NCBI GenBank assembly: GCA_030141605.1
Contig: JAQGDQ010000131.1
Span: 310,001-374,000 of the forward strand
Direction of reading: 5' to 3'
DNA from: Tubiluchus corallicola
Lineage: Eukaryota; Animalia; Priapulida
Length of the DNA: 64,000 bases
Shown here: in pieces, positions 27,211 through 41,874 of the stretch
Layout: every line of letters begins with the position of its first letter
How positions within the stretch are numbered: position 1 is the stretch's first letter
Program-made: the position numbers and the translations under genes
The notes under the pieces: generated by a model
Databases searched by the model: none
Told to the model about the DNA's origin: nothing
What the model saw: only the letters and a program-made list of their open reading frames with translations

Positions 27211-28994
27211 CGAATGTCACAGTAATTTCCTATCGCAAATCCTGATTTAGCAATTCTCAACAAAACCAACGATCATATGAAGCCCATGGTGGAATTTACC
27301 CAGAATTCATTCTTAATCTAATCAATAAAGTGCGAACCTGTAAGTAAAGTTTCTGTTCTTTTTATCGAAGCAGTAGCCAGTGAATTGATGCTTCATCGCC
27401 TACTTCAATGCTCCCTCTGACGGTTTGACTCGTCGTACTGATTCAGGCTGTTTACCTCGTAGAGGGAAGATGTATGTACATTTACGTTTACACCGGTTCA
27501 GTGTCGCACCTTAACGGCGTGGCTTTGATAATGAACTAAATTCCGATTTTGCCACATCCATCGACAATGAATAGGCGCTTGCTGCCGTTAAATACTGTAT
27601 TCCGGTTTTCAGTGTGCTGAATTATATGAAAACTGTTTCTTTTTATCTTAATTTACTTTTTCTTATTTTATCTAGGCGAGTAAGCTTATTTAAATTTTCA
27701 CTTCAACTCATCTCACTTTACGTATTTTATTCATCGTCTGTAAAAAACAATTCTTTCATTCTAAGAGAAATCAGAATCCTCCAATAAAGCAATAAAGCGT
27801 GGATTTTACTTCTGAAATGTCGAGATACGGAATGAGTGATGCGATAACCGCGTTCAATTTATCATTTTACGTAGTCTTTATTAAATAAATTGTAGATGGA
27901 AATTTCTGACAGGTACGGATGAGTGTTTTGTAAATGTGGAACAGCATATTATTGGATCGCTTTTAGTGTATATAGAAGAGGTCGTTGGAAGGCTAAGCTA
28001 CGCGAAAATATCAACGCTTAATCTCAGATTTATCTGGGTGCAGCTGCTTTAAGTCAAGAATGGCAGTAATATAGTAAGACTTTATGATTACTCGCATTTC
28101 CCGTGCGTATGGTTACCTAGCTCTACCTAAAGGGACGTTCATACTTTTTTGAGGGCGAAGTTGTACAGCTTAGCTTCTTTCCGAAAAAAACATTACGCAT
28201 GCAGACAAACATAACAAGTGTTTTATCATATTCATTTATATAATACTACGAAACTGAAATATGCCATGACAGCAGAATACTCGGAGTAAAAATGATGCTT
28301 TTCTAGCGATGTGAGAAATCTTGGATTGCGGTGTTATGTCGCGCGCAGCTTTCACTGCGGAATGCGTATATGCGTGGTCCATCATTTGCTGTTGTGTCGC
28401 CGTACGGATATATGTTTACTTAGCTGATACTTTAATGGGTTTCAATTCTTTTTTGTCGAATGTACCCGTTTATTTTTTATCCGTTGGTGGCTAATTTAGA
28501 ATCGGTAATTGATTGAAATTTATTTTACTTCGTTTTAAATAATTATCACAACGTCTGTGTAACTCGGTTTAATTCCCGATCATCACTTCGGCTCACAAGT
28601 GGCGTAATCTATCGGCATTGAACACACTTCTCTTTAACTTCTGAACAAATATCTCCGCTCTTATCGAGTGCAGTATATAGTGTAAAAAGGTTTTTCAAGC
28701 GTAGTATATTATAACAAAGTTTAGCTAAGCACGGGTGGTGTATAAGGCGTTAAACACTATAGTATTAAATACTACTCAAGTCTAATTTGAAAATGGCTTT
28801 CAGCACCCAAGTCTGACTTGCAAGCAATTTAAATTTAATTTGTTTTAACATCCAAGTCTGACATGGAAATGACCTTGGAAATAGGCTTCATCACCCAGTC
28901 CGACTTGGAAGTAACTAAAATTTAATAAATTTAATAATAAGTCTGAAAATTCTAGAAAATGTGTATAAAGTGGGACATTCGCCTTTGCTCGACA

Positions 28995-29140
28995 TCCAGT
29001 GGACTGCGGCACCACATACTCCCTCACCATGTACCGTGGCACCGCAAAATGTACAGAGAGGCGGCACATGGCACCACGGTACAGAGCAAGGCGGAACACG
29101 GCGGGACGGTACACAAAAATGTCGAGCAAACGCGAACCAT
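28995..29140. repeat. GC-rich degenerate 15-bp array, probably a transposon right end
   Basis: Repeated cggcacca/tggcaccg/gtac motifs ending at cgcgaacc; source of several spurious overlapping ORFs. Confidence 0.4.
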
Positions 29141-32100
29141 GCCACTACAATCACGACGCCAATCTGCATTAACTTACAACAGCCCAAAGCAATAGAAGAA
29201 ATCTTTCAGTGCGATAACAAAGACCCTTTTTGTGAAGGCTTTTCTTTTGGTATTTTAGTTTACCTGTTTCCTGTTATTACTTTGAAAGTACAGAAAGAAA
29301 CTGCCAAAATGGTTAAACTTTTGTAAAAATTGGTTACGTTTTAGTACAAAAAAAAGAAAAAAACCATTGATTATTCATGTTATAATGCTGCGATTGCTAA
29401 TTCAATAGATTCACGCTACACTGCAGACTAGAAACAAATAAACCACATTATGTTTGTGTCAGTGCATAGTGACTGCATGAGTGGTTTGATAAGTACGTAG
29501 GTGGTAAGACTAAGTAAGCAAAGTAAGAGATTTAACAATTTAGTTCACATGGGGCGTGAACAACTACAGCAAAGAATAGATAAAAGCAGGTATAAGTATG
29601 TAAAGTAAGTAAGAAGCAAGTAAACAAGAAGGCAATCAAGCAGATTATTAAACAATCAAGCAAGAAATTCATGTTACATATAAAGTTATATTTCGTGTTG
29701 CAAACTGTTTGCTTGAGAACGGTGCAGGTGGAGAACTCTGTTTCAAGGTACATATAACTTTTCTCATGGAATAATTATTGTCTTATCATCGCTTTTCACA
29801 ACCGGTCGACACCTGAGGCAAGTCAACTGTAGTCAAAGGACTACTAAACGTTACACGTGAGGCATGAACAACAGCAAATTAAGAAACGGTTTCTGTGAAT
29901 CTCAACTCTACACTCTCCCAACAGTAGCCATCTGAGACAAGTTTAGAGTAAGTAAACGTGACCCGTGGGCGTGAGCTGCAACAATTTAAGGAAACGAAAT
30001 GAAACTGGGTGCAACTCTCAGTTACTTATCCCTTGTTGGCATTTTTGCTGATTTTTTCACTTTCACAAAATAAATGTGTTGCAAAAATATATGCTGTTTG
30101 CTGATACAGTTATTGACCGTGTACTTACAATTATTTTCAATTAGATGTTTTTCCTGTATTTTACTAATAACTTACTGAATTCGTTTAAATTTTTGTTGCT
30201 CTTAACTAAACCGCCTTTCCACTTTTCTCAAATTCTCACTAATAATTATTTATTATACTACTCATTTGTTTGCATTTTTGTTTTGCTTAGGTTAACTCTT
30301 TTCTGTTTCACTTTTTTCGGACAGTGTTTTGCTGAAGATGATTGCTGGCTGCTCGTGCAAAATTTACTAAATAAAATGTAACATGTTGTTTATATAAAAT
30401 TGTAGTACAGCTTTTTAAACGCAGTAATTTTGTAATAGATTGAAAAATATCAGCTAGAGAGGGTAGTCAACAAGGGAAGATTAATTCAGAGTTGTGCCCA
30501 GTTCCATTACATTTCTTAATTTGCTGTTATCCGCCATGTTATTTACTTACTTCGATTTGCCTCTGGTGGGAGAAAGTGATCATAAGATTACTGTGAACTG
30601 TGGTTACTTTGCTTACACAAAACAGTTTTGGCTTTATTACAAGGATCTTATAATCTAAATAACTTAGTAGATTACCATTCTTTTCATTAAAAGCGAAGGC
30701 ACGCCTATATTTTTTATGTAGGCAAAGAAACCACAAACAGACAATCTAGTCACAGTTCACGTAATGGAAGACGCAAGACATGAATGTAACATCAGAATGG
30801 CGCGTGTGCTCTTTGCGAATAAAGTTAAGCAAGGCTGGGTAGGTAACTTAACTGCATGCAATGAAGATGCATTTTCTTGAACTGGGTGGAGGATGCAGCT
30901 AAGCTAGGCTGTCTGTTCGGTGCCTTATCATAAGGTGATAATGAGCTCCAAATTCCGGTCCCGTTACAACTGTCTAAAGAAGCAGATCCAGGAGTGCTGG
31001 ATTCCGATTTACAGTGTTCCGAAAAAATAACAAACTGCACATACAAAACTTACCAATAGATCAAAATTCTTCAAATTAATTACCAACTTTCAATTCCCGA
31101 GTTCCATATAGTAGCCACTATGTTACAAATCCTTCCAGGTAACGTTGCAGCAAATCAAGAAGTGACGTTGATTCGAAATAATGATACAATTTGACGAAAA
31201 GAAAAAGAACTTGTGTGTAACTCTATTCTCTAATAATGCGCAAACGCGATACGACTCTTATATTATTAACCTGGATTTATTCAGTTACTGAAACTGCTCG
31301 AGAATGCAGCGCTACTTAGGTTACAAATTAATCACGTATCTCCACTGTTGCTAACTACACCTTAAGCATCTCCTTAGGTCAGAAATGAAGCCACAAACAC
31401 GCGGAAATCGGAGCAGGTAAATAATATCGCAATGCGCATGCGCAAATTAAGGAAGCCAAACAGTGCAGAGTAGAAAAATTCCCGAGGATAAACCTTGCAG
31501 GAACATTCTTGCCTATAGCTTAGTGCAGATGGAGCTTGGCAGAAACATAATCAGTTTAGGACTGCTGAGAACGCATTTTATTTAAAAGTACAAAAACAAA
31601 TACAAATTAACAGATGTACTAGGAGGCATACTGATTAACTGATGGCGTAACCGATTAGTCGACCAACCAATGGACTCATCCCCAAACCAGCCAATCAACT
31701 AACTAGTTGATTAAATGACCAACTAGCTGCGTTCTACAATCTGCCTGTCAGGCGATCAGCCAACAAAGCAAGCAAGTAAATAACAAAATAATAAGTATTA
31801 TTATGCGTAAAAAATTAAAACTGACGGTTTAAGAATTTCCATGCACATCCTTGAAAGACGGTTTCTTGAATGAACTGTTTCTTGAAAAGAAAAACCCTGG
31901 AAACGCCACATACAGAATACGACTGTAACAATTGGCGGGCTAGTTTTTATAATTACGTGACTCGTACATTTTTTCGAAATATTTTATTATCTAACCATTA
32001 TTACTTTATTATCTGTCAACTTTGCTGGAATATATTCTTGCAGTTTGTGTTACCATATAATAGCTTTGATTAATGGGTACCGAGGGGAAAGCACGTAACT

Positions 32101-32479
32101 GTTTGATGACCACTTCCGCAGCGCGGCCTCTTGAGCAGATACAAACATTACTAGGCTTCTCATGTACGAAATTTAGTTATACAGTTCAGCACTCGGCAAA
32201 TTGGAATCCAGCATTCACTGACAGGGCCTGCTCATGCGGATGGTAGTGGCAAAACCGGAATCTAGCTAATCCTAGAAATCAAAGCTAATCCTCTGAGGTA
32301 AGAAATTGAACTATCAAAAATGTGTCCTAGCATGGACAGAGTGATGTAAAATAACACGTGATTTTGGCAGGCCTGCTGACAATTGTTATACTTCTCAACG
32401 ACCCTAAATATAATAGCTATTTGTTATTATATAGGCTATTATTGATTGTTATATAGATGTACTACTTTATTGCTATTAA

Positions 32480-32840
32480 TCATCATTTTGTAATAGCCAG
32501 CTTAATACCACAAAATAGACGCCATCTATATCGTAATAGACGCCAAACAGAATACGATATACAATACTGATTATTATACATATGTAATTAATTTTGTCCA
32601 TAATCGTCATCTTAGTTTCTCTTAGTAATTTCTGTAAATATGTAAAATTTGTAAATAGCTTCTGTGTTTCATAGTTTTATTAATTTTCAGTAATTTTATA
32701 ATATTGTAGTTTATTTAAATATAGTATTAGTGGTAGATGACGCCGTTGCCAATATTCAGTCTGTTGCATACGTTGCATAATATGATTGATTGGTATGTTG
32801 CCTCTGGTTGGCAAATAAAGATTTTTCTATCTATCTATCA
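32480..32840 (+). mobile_element. LINE 3' end remnant
   Basis: T-rich UTR-like tract ending ggcaAATAAAgattttt(ctat)3, a poly(A) signal followed by a microsatellite tail. Confidence 0.5.
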
Positions 32841-33134
32841 AAAGTTCAAATATAAACGCCCTCTCTCAACGAGGTTAATAGCCAGATTCAATATGATGAA
32901 CTGATTAACAAAACGCCTAGAGCAAGCATTGAACCTCACTATTCATTCACCAATTCAATTCAATTTTTTTTTCTCAAAAGCAGTTAAAATTCGTCATAAT
33001 TATTTTTACATTTCATTGCAGCTGAGAAGGAGCAGCGAAAGACCTATTGGTCACTTGGTCAGCTGCTACTTATTGAAAATACAAGTTTACTCACAGGATC
33101 ATGACATTTTTTAGGTGTTTGTGTATATATAAAA

Positions 33135-33720
33135 GGCAAAAGCAACAAAAATCAACTCAAAGTAGAAATGCAATTCAAAGCATAACAAGGAATAACATGA
33201 AGCAAAAAATTAATGAAATTGTAGAGCAATGTAGAACAAAAAATAACATCAAATAAAGCAACAAAAAACTATTCAAAGCAAAAATGCAATTCCACTCTGA
33301 ATAAAAGGAAGTTTTCACAAGCAATGCAAAACGGAATTTAACTTGTAGCAAAAAATTATATCAAACAAAACGAAACTCAAAGCGAAAATTTTATAAAGCA
33401 AACGCAACTCAACTGAAAGTAAAAGAATTTGTCAAAACCAAAGCAAAACAGAAATCAGCGTAGGGCAAAAATTATATCACAGAAAAGCAACAAAATCAAA
33501 CTCAACGCGAAAATTTTATAAAACAAACGCAATTCAACTGAAAACAAAAGAAATTATCACAAGCAAATCAAAACAGGATTCAACTTAGGGCAAAATTTAT
33601 ATCACACACAAGCAACAAAATCAAACTCAAGAGCAAAAACAAAATTCAGTTTAAAGCAAAACATATATCAAGCAACAGTAACAAAAATCATCGCAAGGCG
33701 AAACTAAAAAAATCAAAACA
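33135..33720. repeat. A-rich degenerate tandem repeat with about 125-bp period
   Basis: The aaactcaa anchor occurs at 33373, 33498 and 33623. The two middle units align well (gcgaaaattttataaa...caactgaaa...tagggcaaaa.ttatatcac). Confidence 0.8.
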
Positions 33721-36700
33721 AGGCTAGCCTAGAACAAAATATATAATTGGGCGAGCAGAATTTTTGTGATGCAACATTCAATCTAGAGGCAAAGCAGAGT
33801 AACCGAATATGTTCATGCAATAAATAAAACTTTCTGAATACGGGTACTTACAGTTCAAAAGATTTCTACATGCCTTCGAGAAAGACATTTCATTTAGATT
33901 CACTTGATTTTTTAGATGTAATCGCTTTCTAAACAACACAAAGAATAAATTAAAAGTGACCAATTTATAAGCTCCTTGTACTGTACAAAAAAATACAATT
34001 TTAAGCAATATCATCATGTTATTTTCCAGTTCAATTAAATTTAACTCCTGTATACTAAATGTAGTTTTCAATTAGTTGCTTTTTGTACTTTTTACTTATT
34101 TGTAATAAAGATGAGCAGGTGGTTATTGAAGTATCTAAAGCGTCCCAAAGTAAGACTCCATTATGTTGCAGTGTGTTGCACTAACCAACATTCGCGTTTC
34201 TCAACTGCGGTCGCCAAACACATATCGTAACTGTTGAATTTTGTTCCTCTTGTTATTTCCATGTACTGATCAAATTATGGACGTCTAAATCCCTGGTGGT
34301 GAAAATGAAGATTAGCTGCTGTGTTACACTCATTGCTACATAAACTTCAGTCAGCGCAGTGATTTACTAGAGAAAATAAGGCTGTTTGTTGAGGTTCTGG
34401 ATTGCACTAAATTGCAAACATCTTGCCATGAAGCTTTTTAGTGACCATTTTAAGGCTTTACAGAAATTCACCAGCAAATCACATGACTGCAGATACTAAT
34501 TGCTATTGGACAGGAACATCAAATTACAGCCATACTGACCATAAGAAGTTGGGTGACCTATGCACTACGGACTACAAGATATATCAAAATCATGGTCTTT
34601 TTGGCTTAATTGATAATACATTAAAGAACATTGCTTACAGGAAGCTGTGTAATGGCGTTTCTCAATTAGACTAGTTTGTTAATTAATATAATTTCTCTTA
34701 TAGCCTGAAATTAACAATCTAATCAGATTACTGAACATGTGTAGGGAGAAAAGCTTTTATAAAAGCTTTTCGAAAATAATAAAGTAATCTTTACAATTAC
34801 AAACAGAGTCAAAAGAAAATTCTGTAGATGGCAGTTTAAACTAATTCAGTACTTTAACAGAGTACAAACAGTCGCGTACGTTGTACAACGAGCGACAGTA
34901 ACCACTCAGCTATACACCTCAGTGTAAAAACAATAAAAAAGGTAAGCAGATACAAACCGCATGAATGAGTGAAAGAAAAAATAAATTCGAAAGTAGTTGC
35001 AGCAGAGCTAAAGTAACATTGAGCACTTTTTTACATATGAGTTTGGTTATCGCGAACTTTGAGTTCTTATTTATTTTAAAAGTTTTTAATCGAGGAAGGC
35101 GCGAGCGCTAAATTTTCCCCCAAAACTCAAAAACCTAATATTCGTTCCGCACTCAAAATAAAGGTGAAATTATTAGTATGTATTGCATCTTTTTACTTGG
35201 CTGCGTGGTTTAGCTGAATAACAAACAAGAACAGGTCATTAAAATGTGCTGATAATTATTAAGCAGAATTACATGATATTCGCAATGTTAGGACTAAGCA
35301 GGTTAGTTAATATAACAATAGTTTTTGACTTATTTTAAACAGCCTAGCTACGTTTTAGTAAGGTAAAATCAGCACATGATACGATAAATGTATTTGTTGG
35401 AAACTACATCATAAATTACGCCTTTGCAATATTACATGACTATAACAATAGATCACTCCTAGTTACGTGAGCCTCAGGATATCCTCCAGGAGATAACATA
35501 GCGCTTGGTGGTCTACTTTGCTAGCCCAAGCATAATACAGGTTGGACATAACTTGAAGAGACCTCAGAAGACGCCTATGAAAATAGAATACATAGGTCAT
35601 TTAGTGGGCAATTGGGTAGAACGTTAAGCAACACTACAGTGTATTTACAGACTTAATCAGTAAAACTTGTATGTTCATTAATAAGTATGTTTCTTGTGGC
35701 AGATCTCCGAAACCAGGGTAAATAAGAATAAACCTTGAGATATTCGATACTGGCGCATTTCTCGACATTGGTTTCATGTCAAAGGTCATGTGACCTTTAA
35801 ATGATCTCTTGGTCGATCCGGTTCAACAAACGTAGTTTGTCCCAAAACCATGCAGAAATGCCAACTTCGAAGAAAAGATTGAAGTTTAACTTCAAAAACG
35901 CCTACTGTTTCAATATTGTGCATGAAACTTGTTACAAAATGCATAATGTCTACTAAAAAAAGTCTAACGCTTTGCATAACGTCAACCAAGGAGAATCAAT
36001 TGTAAGCAATAGATAGATCGCAAGCGGCGTTTAGCCCCCGCACACTTTAATCACTTAACACAAGTTCTCACAAACTCTCACTCGCTGCAAGTGGCTACAG
36101 TATATAAACAAGCGTGAAAAACATGCAGAATGGGTGGATTTTAAGTGATTTATCGGCGATACTGGAAACTACATCATTGTGCTACAAACCAAACATACGA
36201 ACTTGTCTAGTAAATCCATACAAAGAAGACTCATTTATTATACGCAAGAATATGTGCACTATATCAAGATTTATTGCGAAGTTTCAAACATACTGTAGGT
36301 ACAATAAAAGTGCTAGTTATAATAAAAGTTGCAACAAAGTACTAAAATAACAAATAGGTGTTAACTTTGCTTTACATATTATGTTGTAAAGCAAAATTTT
36401 TATAACATTTTTACTTACACCAAAAACAAATTATTTTAGTGTCTTGTACCTAATTCTAACATAAACACGAAAACTGAATAAATTAAATAAAAATCAAGTA
36501 AGTTAACCCAGCTGAACTATTTAACTATATACTACTGTACGTTCAAACAATCATACTCAACCAAGGAAATCCTATTTTTTGCTGTACAGTATCTGGAATA
36601 TTTTCTTGCAGTGCGTTAAGTCCTGATTTAGCAGGACACATTCTACAAGTAGCCAGCAGTAATAAATAATAGCACAGTGTAATAATAAAACATTAGAAAA

Positions 36701-37592
36701 CTTCTCTTTAAGCAGACAGCGCGATTTTTAATAATTTTTAATGGGTTGAGCTGTACATGTGGCCTCCCGCATGCTCTGACCCAATGGTCACATTTGTCTA
36801 AGTCTATTTTGGGTTGGGGAAACTTATAAGTCGAACTCCTCCTAATCTTTCTGGATAGCGAAAATCCACATTACACATGCCCCAAGCACAACGCTTCACC
36901 ATTCTTCACTACTATTAACGAATTTTAGTTGCACGAGGTTTTTTATGGCAAAAAAAGCAAAAATAATCATGAACACACGCTTTAGCTGTATATTTCGTAT
37001 AGGCTATAAGTGCAAATGTGGCTGGGCATGTGAGTGAAACCCCCAACAATCGAAGAACAGTAGGCGCTAAATAAAAGCGCTTCATTGGTCATTGCGAGGT
37101 GGACTCCTGCTAGTTGATCGTTCTGCGATCTATGTATTAAAGCTCGGCTGAGGTGGCCGGGCAGCAACGTCTAGAATTGCAAATATCCCATGACACAGCT
37201 GCGGTAATAGGCTGTCCAAGAAAACCATGCAGTGAGCTTCCAAGTCCCTTCGATGAGCTCATTTCACCCAGATGGGGACGTGGTACTTTATGGGTCGAAA
37301 AGTGGGCTTTTGTCCAAAATGCTCACCGACTCCAACGTCACAACAAATGACCCCTCCTCAAAGCTGTTTAACTACTAACTGGCTGAGCTCCGATATCGAA
37401 AAAGAAGATTAGGAACGTGAGGCACATCATACGAAAAGTTGGTGGATGGAGTGAGCATCCATAAACTATCAATGGCAAACACTGATAATTCCATCAACCA
37501 TCATCACATTCAGCTCCGGTTTTGCAAAAGATCATAAACATGAAGGAGAGATAAACATAGGAGAGAGCGAAAATCCACTGTTTGCCAATCAT

Positions 37593-37942
37593 GAGCTTCA
37601 TCCCTGTTCTGATACCAGTGAACTGACGGTGACCAAGCAGTCTTGTGGGTTGAACACGTTCGTGTTGTCACACCATGTCATAGAGTGTTCCAAAATCGTG
37701 CAGAAACGCGGAAATGGAAGAAAAAGCTGAAGTTAAACCTGCCAGCAATTTTGCCTACGTCATAGACTTCGAACTTCATCCCCTTCTGACACCAGTGAAC
37801 TGACAGCGGCCAAGCAGCCTGGGGTTGAAATTCGTTTTTTGTCACATCGTGTTGTAGGATTTGTAATGAAAACCATATAGAAATACCAAAATGGAAGAAA
37901 AATTTACAAGTAAACCTACCAGTAATCTTGTCCTACATATCC
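37593..37942. repeat. Diverged tandem duplication, about 178-bp unit, 2 copies
   Basis: gaRcttcatccc..ttctgaYaccagtgaactgac at 37593 and 37771. aaatggaagaaaaa...taaacct.ccag.aat is present in both copies. Confidence 0.85.
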
Positions 37943-40902
37943 TATGCTGTTCTACGGCATAGGTGCTGAGAGCGTAAGTACACCTACCGGTGGTTCTACT
38001 GAATTGCGGAATCTTTGCATGCTAGTCTACTTATAAGTGCTTTGTAATGGTAAACATTTCACCCACAGTACAATATTCTTCTAAAATTTGTAATTTTAGT
38101 TTTCCAAAAAGTTTTCCAACCTCTCTATAAACGCATGGGCACAGTAAATATGGTCAATCTAGGGTGCTTCAAAAATCCCTCTTTATTTCTAAAAAAATAT
38201 TAGAAATTAAAGGCAGTTGCAAGAGAAACCAAATGACAATTTGGCTGCTGATAATATATATAGCCTCATTGCGATTTTGCACCTCTGTTCTATCTAGAGT
38301 CAAGATGTTAGCAGAACAAAACAGCACAAAACACAAAAAAATCTCAACTAAGGAGAAGAGTTCACCATAAAATGAGCGTCCTATGTCGTAGCACACTGAG
38401 CTGCCATAATCGATTTGTAGAAACTGGCGAACATTTTTCATGTTTCATTTCTGCTTGACATTTGAATATGCTAACCTAATTTGCATATTACGAGTATTAA
38501 CGAAAATTGCATTATCAGTTCATTTAGTTATAGAGCTCACGGCTAATAATGGCACTCGAAATATTTGTATTAATTTGCAACAAAAATGCATAAATTAGAC
38601 TGTTTGCTTAGCTGCTGCCATGTTATTACTGCTAACATGGCAGCTTTGTCGGAGAAAATATATTTGTCAACTTTAAAGTTGAAAAATAACTTTCTTTTTT
38701 GAAAAAATTCTTCCCTATTATAATCTAATTATATCTGTGTACATAAACGCACACGCACACCCTAACACATAACACTACTGTGCTTTTACTGATTCAGTTC
38801 AATTTGAATTGCTCCGCATTGCATTCTCCCTTAACTGCTAGCTGGCTTGTTCTGTGTGCAGATCTGTCGGTGCTGCCATCTATCCAGCATTCTCTAAGCT
38901 CAATCATGAAATCATTTAGGCTTGCAACAAGACCCAGCTTGGCTTTCACACCTCCATAATTACAAGTTCCATATAGGCCGTAGCCTCCGGCGGTGGGGCA
39001 AGGGAAAGAGGGTCTCCTCCTCCAGGATTTGAAGTACAACAAAGCTGTTACATTCTGAGAGAAAATGCCTTCATTCATTGTCAGACAAATGATATATTTG
39101 CAAAGCAGGTACTTTTCTAGCTACCTCTCTTCCTTCTTACACCCCACCCTCCCTTACTAAGCTAGATTAGTATTGCTACGACGGTGAAGTGCATTCATTT
39201 TGATATTTTTGTCAGAACTGTAATACTTAGAATTTTGAAATTAAAAAGTTCTTTCTTTTGCGTTTCATGCTGGTTCGAGGACGAACCATTTTCTGTGGAG
39301 AAGGAAAGTGTTACGTCGTCGAGGTGCCATTTATTTTCATCCCCACCCCAACATTGTGATGGTTGATCTATTGTAAAGCCATTGCATATCAACAATACAT
39401 TAACGTCTCAAAACCTATTCTGTTTGGAACTAGCATGGAGCACGCTTCCTTCTGGCAAGTTTATTTTGCGAAAATATTCTCTGTTGTCTAACGTTTTATT
39501 TTCAAGTGATGTGAACTAGCGAATCAGCACTATCCACTCAACATTACACATCTTTAGGCTACCCATTTAACAAGTTTATATGCAAAAAGTAATTGCTATG
39601 GATGAGCTTTTAACCTTTTGGTTGCTAGTTGCAGATCTGGCTGATCTACTTTTGAGCAATGAATGACATCTAAAAACACTTTAATACACTGTTTCGCAAA
39701 AATTTTCACACCTCGGGGAGACACCCCCCTCTATCTCTTGGGGATTTTCCCACTCGCTTCCGCCTACTGCTTACTCAAACTTTTTCTTCGGCCTGAATAG
39801 TAAGTACACTAGCTAACGGATAATGTTTCCTCATTTGTCTAGAAGTTTCAAAGATTGTAAATGTTTTATATACTCAGATAAACATGAATTTATATCTACA
39901 AATATGTGTGATACGTCTTAATAGTACTTTATAACCTTTAACAGCACAAGTTACCAGAATAACTTAGCATACGTACTTTATAATATAAAATAGGTAATAT
40001 AAAACAGTATGTTTTTATTAAAAATCACATTAATTAAAAGACAAAATTTGTGACAGTTTACAACACATGTTACGTGATATTAGCATTTTCAAACTGCTCC
40101 AGAAACTTATGCAAACAATAGGTCCATAGATCAACACTAATAATAGCACACATTAAGTTTTATTATGCTCTTCTGAGTAAAATTATTACTGAACGATTTC
40201 TTCTTAAATCTCAGCAGATGTTTACGGCACAAGTGAAGCGTATAGAATTTGATGGCAATCCGCTATTTGCTATTTTCGTTTGCGTCCCTTTCAGTTTGCT
40301 AGCGAACAATAGATGAAAGGAACCACGTTATTTGTGCACAAGACAAATTCTGCATAAAAACTTGGAACATAAAGAGGAGTATTATACCACAGAACGCAAT
40401 ATTGTCAGTCTGTGAGAAATCATACTCCCACGTTTTGCCTTGATTGAAAGCTTAGTCGGTAGCCTTTGTGTGCGGCAGTAATCTGCATCATACAAATACG
40501 CTTGTTACTTATGAGACTTTGCGTTATTTATTAGATGCCATCTCGCGCTGGCAATAATAGATTCCAGCATTAATTATTAAAGGCGCGCAGAGACGCTTTT
40601 CGAGCATGTACGTCTGGAGGCATTAAAGTTGTTTTAGTAATAACAGCAACGATAGATTAATAATTAGTAATGATCAGCACAACCGGCTAATTGTCGTTCA
40701 AAATGAAATGGATGAAATAGTCATTTTACAGACGATCAAAAGCACTAACGAGCGTATGTTTTTATTTTGTAATTGAAATTGTTTCTCAATTCAATTTCAA
40801 AAGGTGCTAACGACAATAGTAGTAGATAAATAACCGAGTTGATCGCCTTAATAAAATGACGGGGACGGTTTGTTAATCTTGGCAAGATTATTATTAATAA
40901 TT

Positions 40903-41355
40903 GTGCCCATGTTGTCTTATTGCATACAGGGGTTGTGTTAGCAATAACGCTGTATAAAACTTGTAAAACTAAACTCCGCGATGACTGTTAGGCGCAGCCA
41001 TTTTGACAGGTAATTCGTTAGAAACAAGTTTATATAACATGCGTAAAGTTTGAAAAACTAGTCAGAGCATTCGTAGCGCACTCTTTGCTAACTAAGCAAA
41101 AGTATAAGTTACTTTATATTGTCGATAAGTTCAAAAACGTGTTTTTGGTGGACCATTGGTGCACACTGGGATGGCGATACAGTGCCGTTTTTCCAGTGTA
41201 GAGAGAATATTTAAAATTATTAAGAATTTTTTTCTTAAGTCTTTCAAAAAGAGAAGATTACTTTGTGTGGAAAGTTCTTTGGGATATGCTTTAAAATTCC
41301 TTTTTCTTTCTTTTTAAATTTTGATACTAAACATGAAAGACGAAAAATGTGAAAT
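40903..41355 (+). repeat. Dispersed repeat of about 450-500 bp, copy A
   Basis: Shares taacgctgtataaaa.ttgtaaa..taaactcc..cgatgac.gttaggcgcagccatttt with 53290-53355. Confidence 0.85.
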
Positions 41356-41638
41356 GTTGTAATGCGGCCTAGATTAAACCAGGGACCTTCTACTTAAAAA
41401 AAGGGAAGCCTTAAAACCAACAGTAATCACGGCAGTCGATAGTTCATCTCTAGCAGCTCGCTACCCAAACTCAGCATTTCCAATGTTAGATCACTCACAT
41501 TAGAGTAACTCTAACTAATTAATATTTTAATTTGATTAAATTTGAATCTGGATAATTAAACGTGGGATTATTTATTTATTTCCGTGGGAAATTTCCGGCT
41601 CAAAGTTGTCAAAATTTCTGTTGAGTAGGTCCTTACTA

Positions 41639-41874
41639 CAGTGGTTCCCAAACTTTCTCGGACCGTTACCCAAATCGGGAAACCCGGTCGTGTCCATTAC
41701 CCCCCACCCAGTACTACTTCTCCAACTCAAAAAGTAAACACACGTTCTTCAAGAAGAAAACTACGTAAAATGCATTCCGAGCGAAGTTTTAAAAATTTTC
41801 AGAGGGGTGCCCGTTACCCCCCAAAAAACCATATTACCCCCGGGGGCAATTTACCCCTACTTTGGGAACCACTG
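41639..41874. mobile_element. 236-bp hAT-type MITE
   Basis: Perfect 14-bp TIRs cagtggttcccaaa and tttgggaaccactg. Perfect 8-bp TSD ccttacta at 41631-41638 and 41875-41882. Subterminal ttaccc motifs are repeated. Confidence 0.95.
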
